A model generated the notes under the pieces. It had not been told where the DNA came from. It saw only the letters and a program-made list of their open reading frames with translations, and made no database searches. Made by a program: the position numbers and the translations under genes. From Octopus sinensis (Eukaryota): a stretch of DNA of 64,000 nucleotides. Location: NCBI RefSeq assembly GCF_006345805.1, contig NC_043008.1, positions 37,696,001 to 37,760,000 of the forward strand, in the 5' to 3' direction. Each line of letters starts with the position of its first letter. Position 1 is the first letter of the stretch. Shown here piece by piece: positions 11,781 through 24,029 of the stretch.

Positions 11781-13107
11781 TCACGCACAGCATACTTCCA
11801 TAGGTCTCGGTCTCTAGTCATTTCCTTGGTGAGACCTAAAGTTCGAAGGTCGTGCTTCACCACCTCGTCCCAGGTTTTCCTGGGTCTACCTCTTCCACAG
11901 GTTCCCTCAACTGCTAGGGTGTAGCACTTTTGCACACAACTATCTACAGCCATTCTCGTCACATGACCATACCAGCGCAGCCGTCTCTCTTGCACACCAC
12001 AATTGACGCTTCTTAGGTTCAACTTTTCTCTCAAGGTACTTACACTCTGACGATTATGAACACTGACATTACACATCCATCGGAGCATACTGGCTTCATT
12101 TCTTGCAAGCTTACGCATATCCTCAGCAGTCACGGCCCATGTTTCACTACCATGTAGCATGGCTGTACGTACACATGCATCATACAGTCAGCCTTTTACT
12201 CTGAGCGAGAGGCCTTTTGTCACCAGCAGGGGTAAGAGCTCTCTAAACTTTGCCCAAGCTATTCTTACTCTAGCAGTTACACTTTCAGCACACCCACCCC
12301 CGCTACTGACTTGGTCTCCTAGGTAGCGGAAGCTATCAACTACTTCTAGTTTGTCTCCCTGGAACGTGGTAGAAGTTGGTCTCTGCACATTTCCAGTGTT
12401 TATTGCTCTTGAGCATCTGCCACAGACAAAAACTATTTTCCTAGTTAGCCTTCCTTTGACATTGCTGCACCTCTTATGTGTCCATAGCTTACACTTGGTG
12501 CACCTTATAGAGTTTCTACCTACACCTTTTTTACAGATCGAGCAGGGCCATCTACCTGAAGTCGTTTGTGATTGGTCCACCTTCCTACTTATTAGGACTT
12601 TGGTTTTGGCTAGGTTGATTCTAAGGCCCTTCGATTCTAATCCTTGTTTCCACACCTGAAACTTCTCCTCCAGTTCTGATAGTGACTCAGCAATTAGAGC
12701 AAGGTCGTCAGCATAGAGGAGCTCCCAGGGGCATCCTGTCTTGAATTCCTCCGTTATTGCCTGGAGGACTATGATAAATAGGAGGGGACTGAGGACTGAA
12801 CCTTGGTGGACCCCAACCTCTACCCGGAATTCTTCACTGTACTCGTTGCCAACCCTCACCTTACTAGCAGCGTCTCTGTACATGGCTTGCACAGCTCTCA
12901 CTAACCATTCATCTATCCCTAGTTTCCTCATTGACCACCAGATAAGGGATCGGGGGACCCTGTCAAAGGCTTTCTCCAAGTCAACAAAAGCCAGGTACAG
13001 GGGCTTGTCTTTGGCTAGGTATTTCTCCTGCAGCTGTCTTACCAGGAATATAGCATCAGTAGTACTTTTCCCTGGCACGAACCCAAACTGCATATCATCT
13101 AAGCTAA

Positions 13108-13108
<1 letters not shown>
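11762..13108 (-). pseudogene. RTE reverse transcriptase (RT core, inserted PHD finger, thumb and C-terminus) with one in-frame TGA at 12188-12190
   Basis: QFGF, AFVDLEKAFDRV, GVHQGSVLSPLLF, LLYADD, FRYLG, MLHGSETW and GRGRPRKTW motifs; the two track ORFs are in frame and separated only by the stop plus 9 codons (LYDACVRTA). Confidence 0.93.
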
Positions 13109-13174
<66 letters not shown>

Positions 13175-14009
13175 TATACTCATGAGGGGCTTCTTTCAGT
13201 TTCCATCAACCAACTCCATTCACAAGGCTAACTATGTTATGTTACTCTCCAGGACTATAGTAGAAGACACTTGTCCAAGAAACAATGGCATGGGGCTGAA
13301 CCCTAAACTGTGCAGTTGAAAAGCAAACTTTTTAACCACACAGTCACAACATGAGCTCTTACAAATTGTAAAGGAGTGGGGTGTGTAACGTAACTAAATA
13401 CCTCAGACACATTTCAAAGAAATTTTTCCAGCCTTTAACAGTTCATCCAACGCACCATCTGAAATTTCAAAGAAGAGAAAAGACAAATTATCCAAATATG
13501 GTTATTTCAGCAACCACAGTATTTCTTTGACTGTTCGGCATCTTTTGCATAATTGATTTCTTCTCTAACATATCCAATTTTACACTTCTTCAGGAAACAT
13601 ACGGTATCAGGAGAGCTTCTAGACAGTTGCTCCACCTGTTGATTTAACAGTTAAATCTGCATCTAAAAACTTCTGATTAAATATTTTAAATTCTAAATTT
13701 AATAAAGGCAGAATAGTCAGAATCAGAAGATCTTAAACAGGCATTTTTCTCACTTTCTCTCTCCTTTTCTCTCTCTCTGTCTTTATCTCTCTGTCATTCT
13801 CTCGCTCTCTCTCGTTTCTTAACATAAGTGACAGCTTGCAACTTTAATGACTGCAGATCTTGTACAGACATTGCTGTTCAGGACCTTTGCACTTATTTTG
13901 TTATGAGCTTCTGACATTCTAATTGCATTCAACACCAAATCATTTTCGCTCATCTCAAAGAACACAGACGGACATTAATCCACCGCAGACCCTCTTTAAA
14001 TTAGTTGAA

Positions 14010-14360
14010 TCCTACTCCTTCTGCTCCTACTCCTCCTGCTCCTCCACCACCTCCTCCTCCTCTTCTTCTTCTTCTTCTTCTTCTTCTTCTTCTTCTTCTT
14101 CTTCTTCTTCCCCCTCAGCCTACTCATCATCATCATAACCATCATCATCATCACCATCATCATTGTCACCATTATTACCAACACCACCATCACCACCATC
14201 ACCCCTACCACCACCACTGCTGCCAGCACTGCCACTGCCGCCACTGCCACCACTGCCACTACCATCACTGCCACCACTACTGCTACTGCTGCCATCATCA
14301 ACATCCTCATCATCGTCCTTGTTGTCGTCGTCATCGTCATCGTCAATATCATCATCATCA
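14010..14360. repeat. Compound trinucleotide tract (CTC/TCT/CAT/CAC/CTG)
   Basis: Direct reading. Confidence 0.9.
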
Positions 14361-14574
14361 GTGTTTCAAGTCAGTCACTTTTCCATGTGGCATGGGCTGA
14401 ATGAGTCTTTCTTTGTTTTTTTGAAGGCAATGATTTACAATCAGATGCCCTTCTTACTCTCAACCCTTTTAGTTGCCTCATATGACACTTGAGGAAGCTG
14501 TGTACTTATTATAAAACCATGGTTCGCACTGCAAAACTTTATTGAATCATATTATCAATGATTTCAGAGTTAAT

Positions 14575-14800
14575 CATCATCATCATCATCATCGTTTAAC
14601 GTCTGTTTTCCACGCTAGCATGGATTAGACAGTTCGACCATGATCTGGGAAGCCAGGAGGCTGCACCAGGCTCCAGTTTGATCTGGCAGTGTTTCTACAG
14701 TTGGATGCCCTTCCTAACGCCGACTACTCTGTGAGTGTAGTGGGTACTTTTTACGTGCCACCGGCACAGGGGCCAGAGGAGGCTGGCAAACAACCATGAT
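14575..14800 (-). mobile_element. RTE 3' UTR/tail copy
   Basis: catcatcatcgtttaacgtctgttttcc...gtgccaccggcacaggggccagaggaggctggc; homologous to 9420-9620. Confidence 0.85.
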
Positions 14801-15686
14801 CAAAGGACACATTAGTTGTAAGGATGAGGTGTTTAATTTGCGATCACATGATCATAAGTTCAAATCTAAATATGTTACTCTCAAACAGATCACATCATTC
14901 TGTTTACAAATTTGGGGATTACATATATGTAATTTAATGAGTCAAGATTATCCACTCTAGTTGTAAACAGAAATTCTCTCTCATCAATGTTTTTCTACTC
15001 ACTAATACTACGTATTTGAGATGACCAAATAATATGCATTTAGTGTGCAGAGTGCTTCTCTGGAGTGCTTTCCATCTGGCCATATTGTTTACATTACCAC
15101 TATTTCTATATCTACTGATTACCTCTTTGTATTGCAACTAAGTAGAAAAGGAGTTGCTAAAGAGATTTGATAAGACTGAAACACGTTTCTTGCTACTACA
15201 AGTTAGCTTTAAAGACAACTTGTGGCAGCATTTCCACTCCTATCAAAAACACCTATTTGTCTTCTGAAAATTTCAATTAGCTAATGTTACTAAATTTGTC
15301 TTCTCCCTTTGTTGTCTAAACACAAGAAGGAATTCACATTTTCTTTCTAATTGCAATGATAATCTGAGATAATCACTGTTGTTTGCAACACACTACATTA
15401 CAAGTGTGCATTTAGTACATAGAATGCTTCCCTTAGTTTCTATTAAATTGCTCAAAATTCTGTTAACCCAGCATTTTCAATAATAGACGGTTGACGAATG
15501 TATTTTACTCATCATTTTCACTTGGTTACAGTTAATAAGGAGATTTAGCTGTGCAGACATGTCTTAAACAAAACAATCTTTAATCCTTCATTATTTCAAT
15601 CAGATTTAGCAGCACATGATATATATCAGATACTGAATAATGCTAACAAACAAAGACTCTGTTAGCTGTAAACAAGCCATATTCTT

Positions 15687-16421
15687 TTAGCACTTTCATA
15701 ATTACATATCTGTGGAAACACACTACCTTTTAATTAACTTTGAAAATAATGAAGAATTTAGTTAAAATAACTGTTATATTAACTAATATGAAATTTTGAT
15801 GGAAGTTACAAAATTTTGATTACTTTAAAACAAGAAGATTGTATCAAAGAACCAAAGCTGGTCTCAGGCAGGTTGGTATAAAAAAATATAATAAATAAAA
15901 GTGCCCTTTTTAAAGCCTAGCCAGGCTCATGGGCCTGGTTTCCTGGTTTCTATGGCGCATGTGTTTCCCAGCTGGATGGGACGCCAGTCCATTATAGCAT
16001 TACTCAATTTTGCCCGCTGAGTGGACTGGAGCAACGTGAAATGAAGTGTTTTGCTCAAGAACACAATGCATCGCCTGGTCAAGGATTCGAAAACGCAATC
16101 TTATGATCATGGTACTAACACCCTAACCACTAAGCCATGCACCTCCACAAATAAATGTGCCCTTTTAAAGCCTAGCCAGGCTCCTGGGCCCGATTTCCCG
16201 GTTTCTATGGTGTAGGTGTTCCCCAGCTGGACAGGACGCCAGTCCATCACAGCATTACTCATTTTTGCCAGCTGAGTGGACTGGAGCAATGTAAAATAAA
16301 GTGTTTTGCTCAAGAACACAATGCATTGCCCGGTCCAGGAATTGAAACCACAATCTTACTATCATGTTGCTGACACCCTAACCACTAAGCCACGCATCTC
16401 CACTGGTATCAAAAAGGTTAA
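15687..16421. mobile_element. Degenerate TTAA-type MITE interrupted at its right TIR by a SINE pair
   Basis: 15687-15880 resembles the 48074 MITE; the TIR end tggtatcaaaaaggttaa resumes at 16404-16421. Confidence 0.55.
15901..16403 (-). mobile_element. Two tandem tRNA-derived SINEs, family C1 (15901-16148, 16157-16403)
   Basis: Two diverged copies gtgcccttttaaagcctagccaggctc...ccctaaccactaagccac; the minus-strand head is gtggcttagtggttaggg. Confidence 0.88.
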
Positions 16422-17275
16422 AATGTATTCTATCATGAACATATACGAATACAAATTTCTTTTATGTTCTTGTGGAGGCTATCCAGAAATTTCATTGTAC
16501 TATTCATTCTGAGGCAAAAATCTATCACTCTCTCAGAGATGATGTTTACAATTTGGTCTTCAAAATGTTACCAAGTTCGACAGCACAATTCATTGTCAGA
16601 AAACTGAGAGATCTCATCAACCATAGTTCAGATCTTCCAGTTCTTTGAGAAGGATTTCTGGGAGGTTACAAAAAGATTAAACAATAGAAGCATTTGTGTA
16701 CTTTGTCTTTACTATATTGTTTTTATTAATTTTATTATTTATCATTGTTCTTTTCTTCAGAGAAGTGTTAGATAACTTTTTGTCTGTCATGATTTTCCAG
16801 CTTCACTCAGAATAAATTGATTAAATAAATAAATAAATAAATAAGTTAACAACCAAGCCATTAATGATAACCTAGCAATGACAAATGTAAAGCAATTACT
16901 TACTGCTGCTGAATAGAAATGACTTTGAAATTCGTTTTATTTCCTACAGTTAAGTGACTAAGAAGCAGAAATTTGAGAGCACAGAACTAAAACGTCTTTC
17001 ATAAACTAAGTGTTAACGCACTTAATGTAGCAAACATGATAACTTTAATTACTGAAGGCTGCACATGTATGCAGGAAAGAGAAACAGTGAACAATCAAAG
17101 GTAAGGGTGATAACTCAAGACAGAAAGAAAAGTTTGTCTTTCGGTATTTAATGTTTCCTGATACATTTTCAGTTAAAATCCTGCCAGGATCAATGTTGCA
17201 TTTCCTTTTCCCATGATCAAATGAGAAACAGTATTAGTTATACTATGGGGTCAGGAAATCTTCATACATGTACAG

Positions 17276-17326
<51 letters not shown>

Positions 17327-17717
17327 CTCTTTTACTCGTTTACGTTTCAGTTATTTGACTGTGGCCAAGCTGGAGCACTGCCTTTAGTCGAGCAAATTGA
17401 CCCCAGGACTTATTCTTGGAAGCCTAGTATTTATTCTATCGGTCTCTTTTGCTGAACCGCTAAGTTACGGGGATGTAAACACACCAGCACTAGTTGTCAA
17501 GCAATGTTAGGGGGACAAACACAGATACACAAACATATATACACATATAATACATATACACGATGGGATTCTTTCAGTTTCCATCCACCAAATCCACTCA
17601 CAAGGCTTTGGTTGGTCCAAGGCTATAGTAGAAGATACTTGACCAAGGTGTCATGCATTGGGACTGAACCCGGAACAATGTGGTTTATTAGCAAGCTACT
17701 TACCACACAGCCACTCC
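17327..17717 (-). mobile_element. SINE family A, full length
   Basis: Reverse complement of the 5231 element. Confidence 0.9.
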
Positions 17718-18076
17718 TACGCCTATGTACACATATATGTACATATACATGAGTTTGTGTAGACATATATATATATATATTTACAAAGTTAGCCAAAAGT
17801 CACCTGACAGTAAATCAACACCCATATAATTCCAAAATTAAAATGAAAAATTATTTTAATTGAGACTCCGCTAATAAATAGACAAATATTGAAAAAAAAA
17901 AAACGTAATTTTTAACTCACAGCATTCAATTATTAAACATTCATAATGGGAATGAATAAATAAAATTGAATATTAAGTATATATTGAATTTTGATATACT
18001 GTCGGTGACTTTTGGCCAAACCTGTACACACACACACACAGATATATATATATATACAAACACACACACACATACA

Positions 18077-18112
<36 letters not shown>

Positions 18113-18120
18113 TATATTTT

Positions 18121-18255
18121 TTCTGTGTCCCTTTCTGTAGAAGAGCGTAGGCTCAAAGCGTAAAAGACTTTCTCTATTCCTGAGCGTTATACTAATACAT
18201 CTGTTTGTTTTGTACACCACCTGTCTTCGTCTTTTGTTTTTTCGTAAACTCTCCC
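18121..18255 (+). mobile_element. Penelope-like relic repeat with a degenerate minimal hammerhead-like motif
   Basis: ctttCTGTAGAaGAGCgtagGCTCaaagcgtaaaag; homologous to about 51500-51540 and to the minus strand of the 448-bp duplication. Confidence 0.5.
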
Positions 18256-18258
18256 TAT

Positions 18259-18290
<32 letters not shown>

Positions 18291-18291
18291 G

Positions 18292-18590
18292 ACATGTAGC
18301 TTAGTGGTGAGCACATTCAGCTCACAGTCTTGCAATTGCGAGTTCAATTCCTGGTGGTGAGTTGTCTCTTTGAGCTAGATACTTTATTTCACATTGTACC
18401 AGTCCTCTTAGCTGGCAAAAGCGAGCTGTAATTCAAAGGTTCCAGCCTTGCCACATTCTGTGTGATGTTGAACCTCCCTGCGAACTATACTAAGGTCATG
18501 CATGTCTGTGGAGTACTTGGCCACTTGCACGTTAATGTCATACACTGGCTGTTCTGGTGATTGGATCAACTGGGACACTGATCGAGAGAG
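18292..18590 (+). mobile_element. Diverged tRNA-headed SINE (further family)
   Basis: gtagcttagtggtgagc (A-box-like), gagttcaattcc (B-box-like), body with gtggagtacttggccacttgcacg; related remnant near 50185. Confidence 0.65.
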
Positions 18591-18605
18591 TCAGAAATAT
18601 ATATA

Positions 18606-18995
18606 GGAGTGGCTGACTGGTAAGAAGCTTGCTTCCCAACCACATGGGTCCAGGTTCAGTTCCACTGTCTGGTATCTTGGGCAAGTGTCGTCTACTATAG
18701 CCTTGGGCTGACCAAAGCCTTGTGAGTGGATTTGGTAGATCGAAACTGAAAGAAGCCCGTCATATATATATGCGTGTGTGTGTGTTTATGTGTTTGTGTC
18801 TGTCCCCCCACCATCACTTGACAACCGATGTTGGTATGTTTACGTCCCTGTAAGTTAGTGGTTTGGCAAAAAGAGACTGATAGAATAGGAACAAGGCTTG
18901 CAAAGAATAAGTCCTGGGGTTGTTTTCTTCAACTAAATATGGTGCTCCAGCATGTCCACAGTCAAATGACTGAAACAAGAAAAAGAGCAAAAGAG
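18606..18995 (+). mobile_element. SINE family A, full length
   Basis: Homologous to 5231-5610. Confidence 0.9.
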
Positions 18996-19960
18996 TGTGT
19001 GTGTGTGTGTGTGTAATAAACATAATTTTTCCTTATGGCTGGACATGTTTATATGGCAGAACTGAAATTGATAGTATGATGGTGATACTCATTTACAGCT
19101 CTCATGTAATGTCAAAGCAAGGAAGATCAAATGCACACAGATATCGTCATATGCACATACACATCCTCAAATATATGACTGGCTTCTTTCAGTTTCCATC
19201 AATCAAGGCTATAATAGAAGACACTTGCCTAAGGTACCATGCAATGGGACTGAACTCAGAACCATGTTTTTTGGGAATCAAACTTCCTAACCGCACAACA
19301 ATATATATATTTATGTGTATGAACATACGTGTACATGTACACATGTGTGTTTGTATGTGTATGTGTGTGTGTATGTGTTTACATGAGTGAATATGTGTGT
19401 GTATAAGTAGCTGTGTATATATGTATGTATCTGTGTGTGTTTTTAAATTTCAAATAGTTTTAATTCCATAGCAAAATGTGATGGTGAACAAAGGAAGACT
19501 TGAGCTCAAGCAGTAAAATCAAACAAATGACACAGACACATGAACTTTATCATATTGTAGACCTATCCAACCCATGCCAACATAGTCTGTCCTTGAAGCC
19601 AATGGATTCATGAGGGTTAGGCTTATCTGGATTGTCAAGGTATTTACACTAAGAATACAAGACTTCTCCACTCACTGAATAGAGTGCCACTTCATTGCAG
19701 AATCAAACCCACTCCAAGCATCTCTCATATCATTTTCACTTGTCTAGGGAACAATGTGAAATGAAGTGTCTTGCTCAAGAATATAGTTTACGTGTGAATG
19801 AGTTGACTTTTTATTTTGTCTTCTCATATTTTTGCTGACTCTAAACAAGTCTTACTGTTTACACAGTTGGTGTCCTCTGCATGAAGTTAGTTGTGAAGGC
19901 ATATCCTGAGTTCATGACATGTCTTGACACATTGAATCATTAATATCATCCATGGTCTTA

Positions 19961-20427
19961 AGGCAGTGAGCTGGCAGAAATGTTAGCACGCCAGGTGAAA
20001 TGCATAGTGATATTTCGTCTGTCATTACGTTCTGAGTTCAAATTCTGCTGAGGTCAACTTTGCCTTTCATCCTTTTGTAATCGATAAATTAAGTACCAGT
20101 TGCATACTGGGGTCAATCTAATCGACTGCCCCCCCCCCTCACTCCACCAAAATTTCTGGCCTTGTGCCTAGAGTAGAAAAGAATATCATCCATGGTCTTA
20201 AGGCAGTGAGCTGGCAGAAACATTAGTAGGCTGGGCGAAATGCTTAGTGTTATTTCATCTGTCTTTACATTCTGAGTTCAAATTCCCCTGAGGTGGATTT
20301 TGCCTTTCATTCTTTTGGGGGTCAATAAATTAAGTACCATTTGTGTACTGGGATCGATGTTGATCTAATCAACTGGGCCCCCTCCCCAAAAATTTCGGGC
20401 CTTGTGCGTAGAAGTAGAGTAGAAAAG
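19961..20427 (+). mobile_element. Two SINE family B copies in tandem (19961-20181, 20201-20427) separated and flanked by the same 19-bp sequence
   Basis: aatatcatccatggtctta at 19942 and 20182; aatatcatccatggtttta at 20428. Confidence 0.9.
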
Positions 20428-21649
20428 AATATCATCCATGGTTTTAGTAAACAAAGGGCTTTTTCAGACAATGTTGTTTGTTTCCAGTTCACCATGTTTC
20501 TATATCAAGGCTGTTTGTTGTTTGATAGACAAGAGGATTATTGCCTTGTTTGGAAACATATGAGGGTTGGAAACAGAAAGGACATCCAAACATAGAAATT
20601 CTGTCTCGACATGTTCCATTCAACTCATGCAAGCATGAAAATGTGGATGTTAAAGCAATTGTGATGACGATGATGATGATGATGATTAAGATAATGGTGA
20701 TGACGATGATAGCGATGACAATGATGGTGGTGGTGGTGGCAATGTACGATAGTAGCAGTGATGATGGTGATGGCGACGGTGGTGGTGGTGGTGGTGTGGT
20801 GGTGGTGATTTCCATTTACACAGCATGCATTTGAATATACTCATGGAAGCTGACTAGTTCAGGTTTCAGAAACTTCACATTGCATCAAGAGAACTAAGTG
20901 CAACCGGCTTTCTTTTATCTCAACTTATCTTACTTTATACACGGGGAAATAATTCATATTTATAGATACAGATGATTAAGAAGAGTATTGCAGTTCGAAC
21001 TTACATACAGATTATTTAGAAATCAGAGGTTTATTTCCAAACTGGAAAGCTTTTGCAGTCACTTAACGTCCACAGATTCATTATGGTCTTACGATAAAAT
21101 ATGACCAAGCAGTCATGCAGTAAAATGTTCTATTTCCAAACTTTTAAATACAAGCCGAAATTTCATAGTTTGTTGCTATTACTATATGTTTCTCTTTCTG
21201 CATATCAAATATTTATTCGGTAGAAAATTATATTGTACAGCAGTATAAATATTAGTGATTTGAGGTTCAACAATGTTTATGGTAATAAAGCTAGTTCTAT
21301 AAAAATTTACAAATAGCAAGAGTTTAGTATTCACCAAGCTACATAACTTTGTTTTACTACACAAGACAAGTGCGACTGAATTATCATTCAGTAAGATTAT
21401 TTTGATGGTATTTGCTATGGGCAAATAGAAAAATAGCACACTTATGAATAAAGATTAGTTATTATATATAAATTCTCGTGGACTTGAGCTGAATAAAAAC
21501 AGATAAGTATTCCGGCAGCTGTGTTCTATGTAACACCACACTTGTATTCGAGCCAAGTAGCCGAAATTGAAAACAACACAATGATATTGAGTTTTCATCA
21601 ATGTTTTTAATTTTCCTGAAATTTACCAAAATAAAGACCTACATATTTT

Positions 21650-22025
21650 ATCTTTTACTTGTTTTGGTCATTGGACAATGGCCAAGCTGGGGCACCACCT
21701 CTAAGGGTTTAGCTTAAACAAAATCGACCCCCAGTACATATTTTAAAGTCTAATACTTATTCTGTTGGTCGCTTTTGTCAAACTGCTAATTTGTGGGGAT
21801 ATAAAGAAACCAACACGTGGTGATGGGAGACAAACACAAACACAAAAACAAACATACATGTATAGAATTATATATATGACAGACTTCTACATAGTTTCTG
21901 CCTTCTAAATTTACTCACAAAGCATTGGTCAAGCTGAGACTAACATAGAAGACTCTTGCCCAAGGTACCATGCAGTGGGACTGAACCTGAAATCAAATGA
22001 CCTTCTTAACTACATGGCCATGCCA
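21650..22025 (-). mobile_element. Older diverged SINE family A copy
   Basis: Colinear but diverged reverse match to family A. Confidence 0.7.
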
Positions 22026-23661
22026 GTTTCACAAATACTAAACCTAGATAAATGGGTGAATTGCAGAACAGAGGCTGAGATGTTATTTGGATATAATACT
22101 ACATCGAGGTAAAACAGTGAATTCAATGATGAGGTGCTGTAATTACTAATTCTTAAATGATTTTAATTTCCAATTATCACTCTGTAAAAACATACCATAT
22201 TAACTCAGTAATGTAACCATGGATTTACAAAGTCGACTGGTGATGGGATTTGGCATTGAATCTTACCTTAGGATTACCTGGAGTTCTATGCCAATCAGAA
22301 AACCTTTTGTTAGCCTGGTGCATTTGTGATAGTAGAGAGTTTAAGAAGTATCTTGTCCAGATTTAAGATCCCTTATTAGTATCTGTGTGTGTGTATGTGT
22401 GTAAGTGCGTGTGTGTGGGTGGGGTAGTGGTGGTGGTTTTGGGGCTTCCTTGTTTTGACATCATTTGTGAAGGTTGTAAAGAAGAGTGACAGACATACAG
22501 TGGTGTCATTTGTTTCTAATCTTCTGCTTAGAAACAAGTGAAGGTTATTGACAGGGAGAGCACCCAGCTGCAGAAAATCTGCCTCAACAAATTCTGTCAA
22601 CCACATCCAAGTAGAACAAGTGAGCCTTAGGTTGATGATGATGATAAATCTTGGCAAACAAGTAACTATTAGGGCTGGAGGTGTATTTGTGTAAAATTCT
22701 AAATCAGAATAAAAGAGTGACTCCTAAGACATGGGATGTAATTTCTATCCATATTTTTTATTATTTATCATTTAACTTAAATTTTTTTGCCTGTTTCAGT
22801 CATTGGACTGCGGTCATACTGGAGCATTGCCTTGAAGAAGTTTAGTCCTACAAATTGCCTTAGTACTTATTTTCAAGTCTGGTACTTATGCAGTCAGTCT
22901 CTTTTGGTGAACTGCTAAGTTACAGAGACATAGAGAAACCAGCATTGGTGGTCTGGTGGTCGTGGTGGGAGACGGACAAACACAAACTCAAAGGCACACT
23001 AACATAAATGCACATACATTCATTAGGGTGGAATGAAAAGGGGTCTTTCCACACAGATTTTTGAAATGTGTTTCTAAGAATATATTCTTTATTGTGTAAT
23101 CCTTTAAAAACAACCATGTTAAAATCTAAAGTTCTTAAATTTACATCTTCAGGCTCCGCAGACCACTTGAACTTTTGAATAATGAGTGAAGAATCAATTT
23201 ATAACACATTTGCCATTCCTCATTTTATTTCTCACATTCATTATTACGAATCAATTTTCATTTGCAAAATTTTTTTTAAAAGAAGAGTGTTAAAATTTCA
23301 AGCCCTAAAATTTACATCTTCAGGCTTCACAATACACTTGAAATTTCAAAATCATGCGAAATATATAGACTTTTCGACTTTTGTTTTCTTTATCATTTTT
23401 AATACTAGGTCACTGAATATATGTGTTACATGAGATCTAGATTGCATACGCATTATCATAAAACTATGTGTAAACCAATTTTTGATTCTTGACACATTTT
23501 GGTGATAAAAATAATTAACATTTTCAATTTATGTGAAATAATTCCATGTAACTAAATAATAGGAATCACTGTAATGCATTCCTTTTCATTCCAGTAATAA
23601 ATCCAATTAATTTTTTTTGTAGACAAGAATTAACATCTCACTTTCAAATAAAAAATGGAAC

Positions 23662-23936
23662 AGAGATATGCTTTTATACAACCAATATAGCAAAACTAAT
23701 AAAGAATCCTTCATGCATTTTTTCAGCCCACTAGAAATAGCAGCCAAACCTCTCTCATATCGTACATTATTATTTTAAAGAAGTAAATATATGTTGGGTA
23801 ATGCTATGGTTTTAGATATACAAACCTGGTGGTAGGCTTGGCTGGAACATTTTTTATGATATTTTCTCAGGTTAACCTGGGGTTAAAAACAACAACAGCA
23901 GCTGCACAGATACTCTCTACTCTCTTTTACTCTTTT
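23662..23936. repeat. ~275-bp local duplication, copy 1 (copy 2 at 27192-27472)
   Basis: agagatatgcttttatacaaccaatatagc...gcacagatactctctactctcttttactctttt near-identical in both places. Confidence 0.92.
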
Positions 23937-24029
23937 GGAAATTCTTAAAACGACATAATGATAATTGTTTCTTATTTTCGAAATAGCTAAAACTAAAAAA
24001 ATTCTAATTGATTATTGCTGTATTACTTT

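Larger units (their letters stand above)
9410..13108 (-). mobile_element. 5'-truncated RTE-clade non-LTR retrotransposon with tandemly amplified 3' UTR
   Basis: RT ORF (11762-13108), then 3' UTR arrays, then (CAT)n tail at about 9410-9430; 5' end abuts a (TC)n(TA)n microsatellite. Confidence 0.92.

Noticed and set aside
9356-11924. Many 60-180-aa ORFs in the GC-rich array
   Set aside because: By-products of GC-rich tandem UTR repeats; frames are not conserved between units.
13996-14492. Poly-Ser/His/Pro/Lys ORFs (also 53091, 39457, 36458, 28510)
   Set aside because: Trinucleotide microsatellite translations.
16950-17100. Exon-like segment with strong acceptor and donor
   Set aside because: Stops in all three frames just after the acceptor; at best non-coding, and unsupported.
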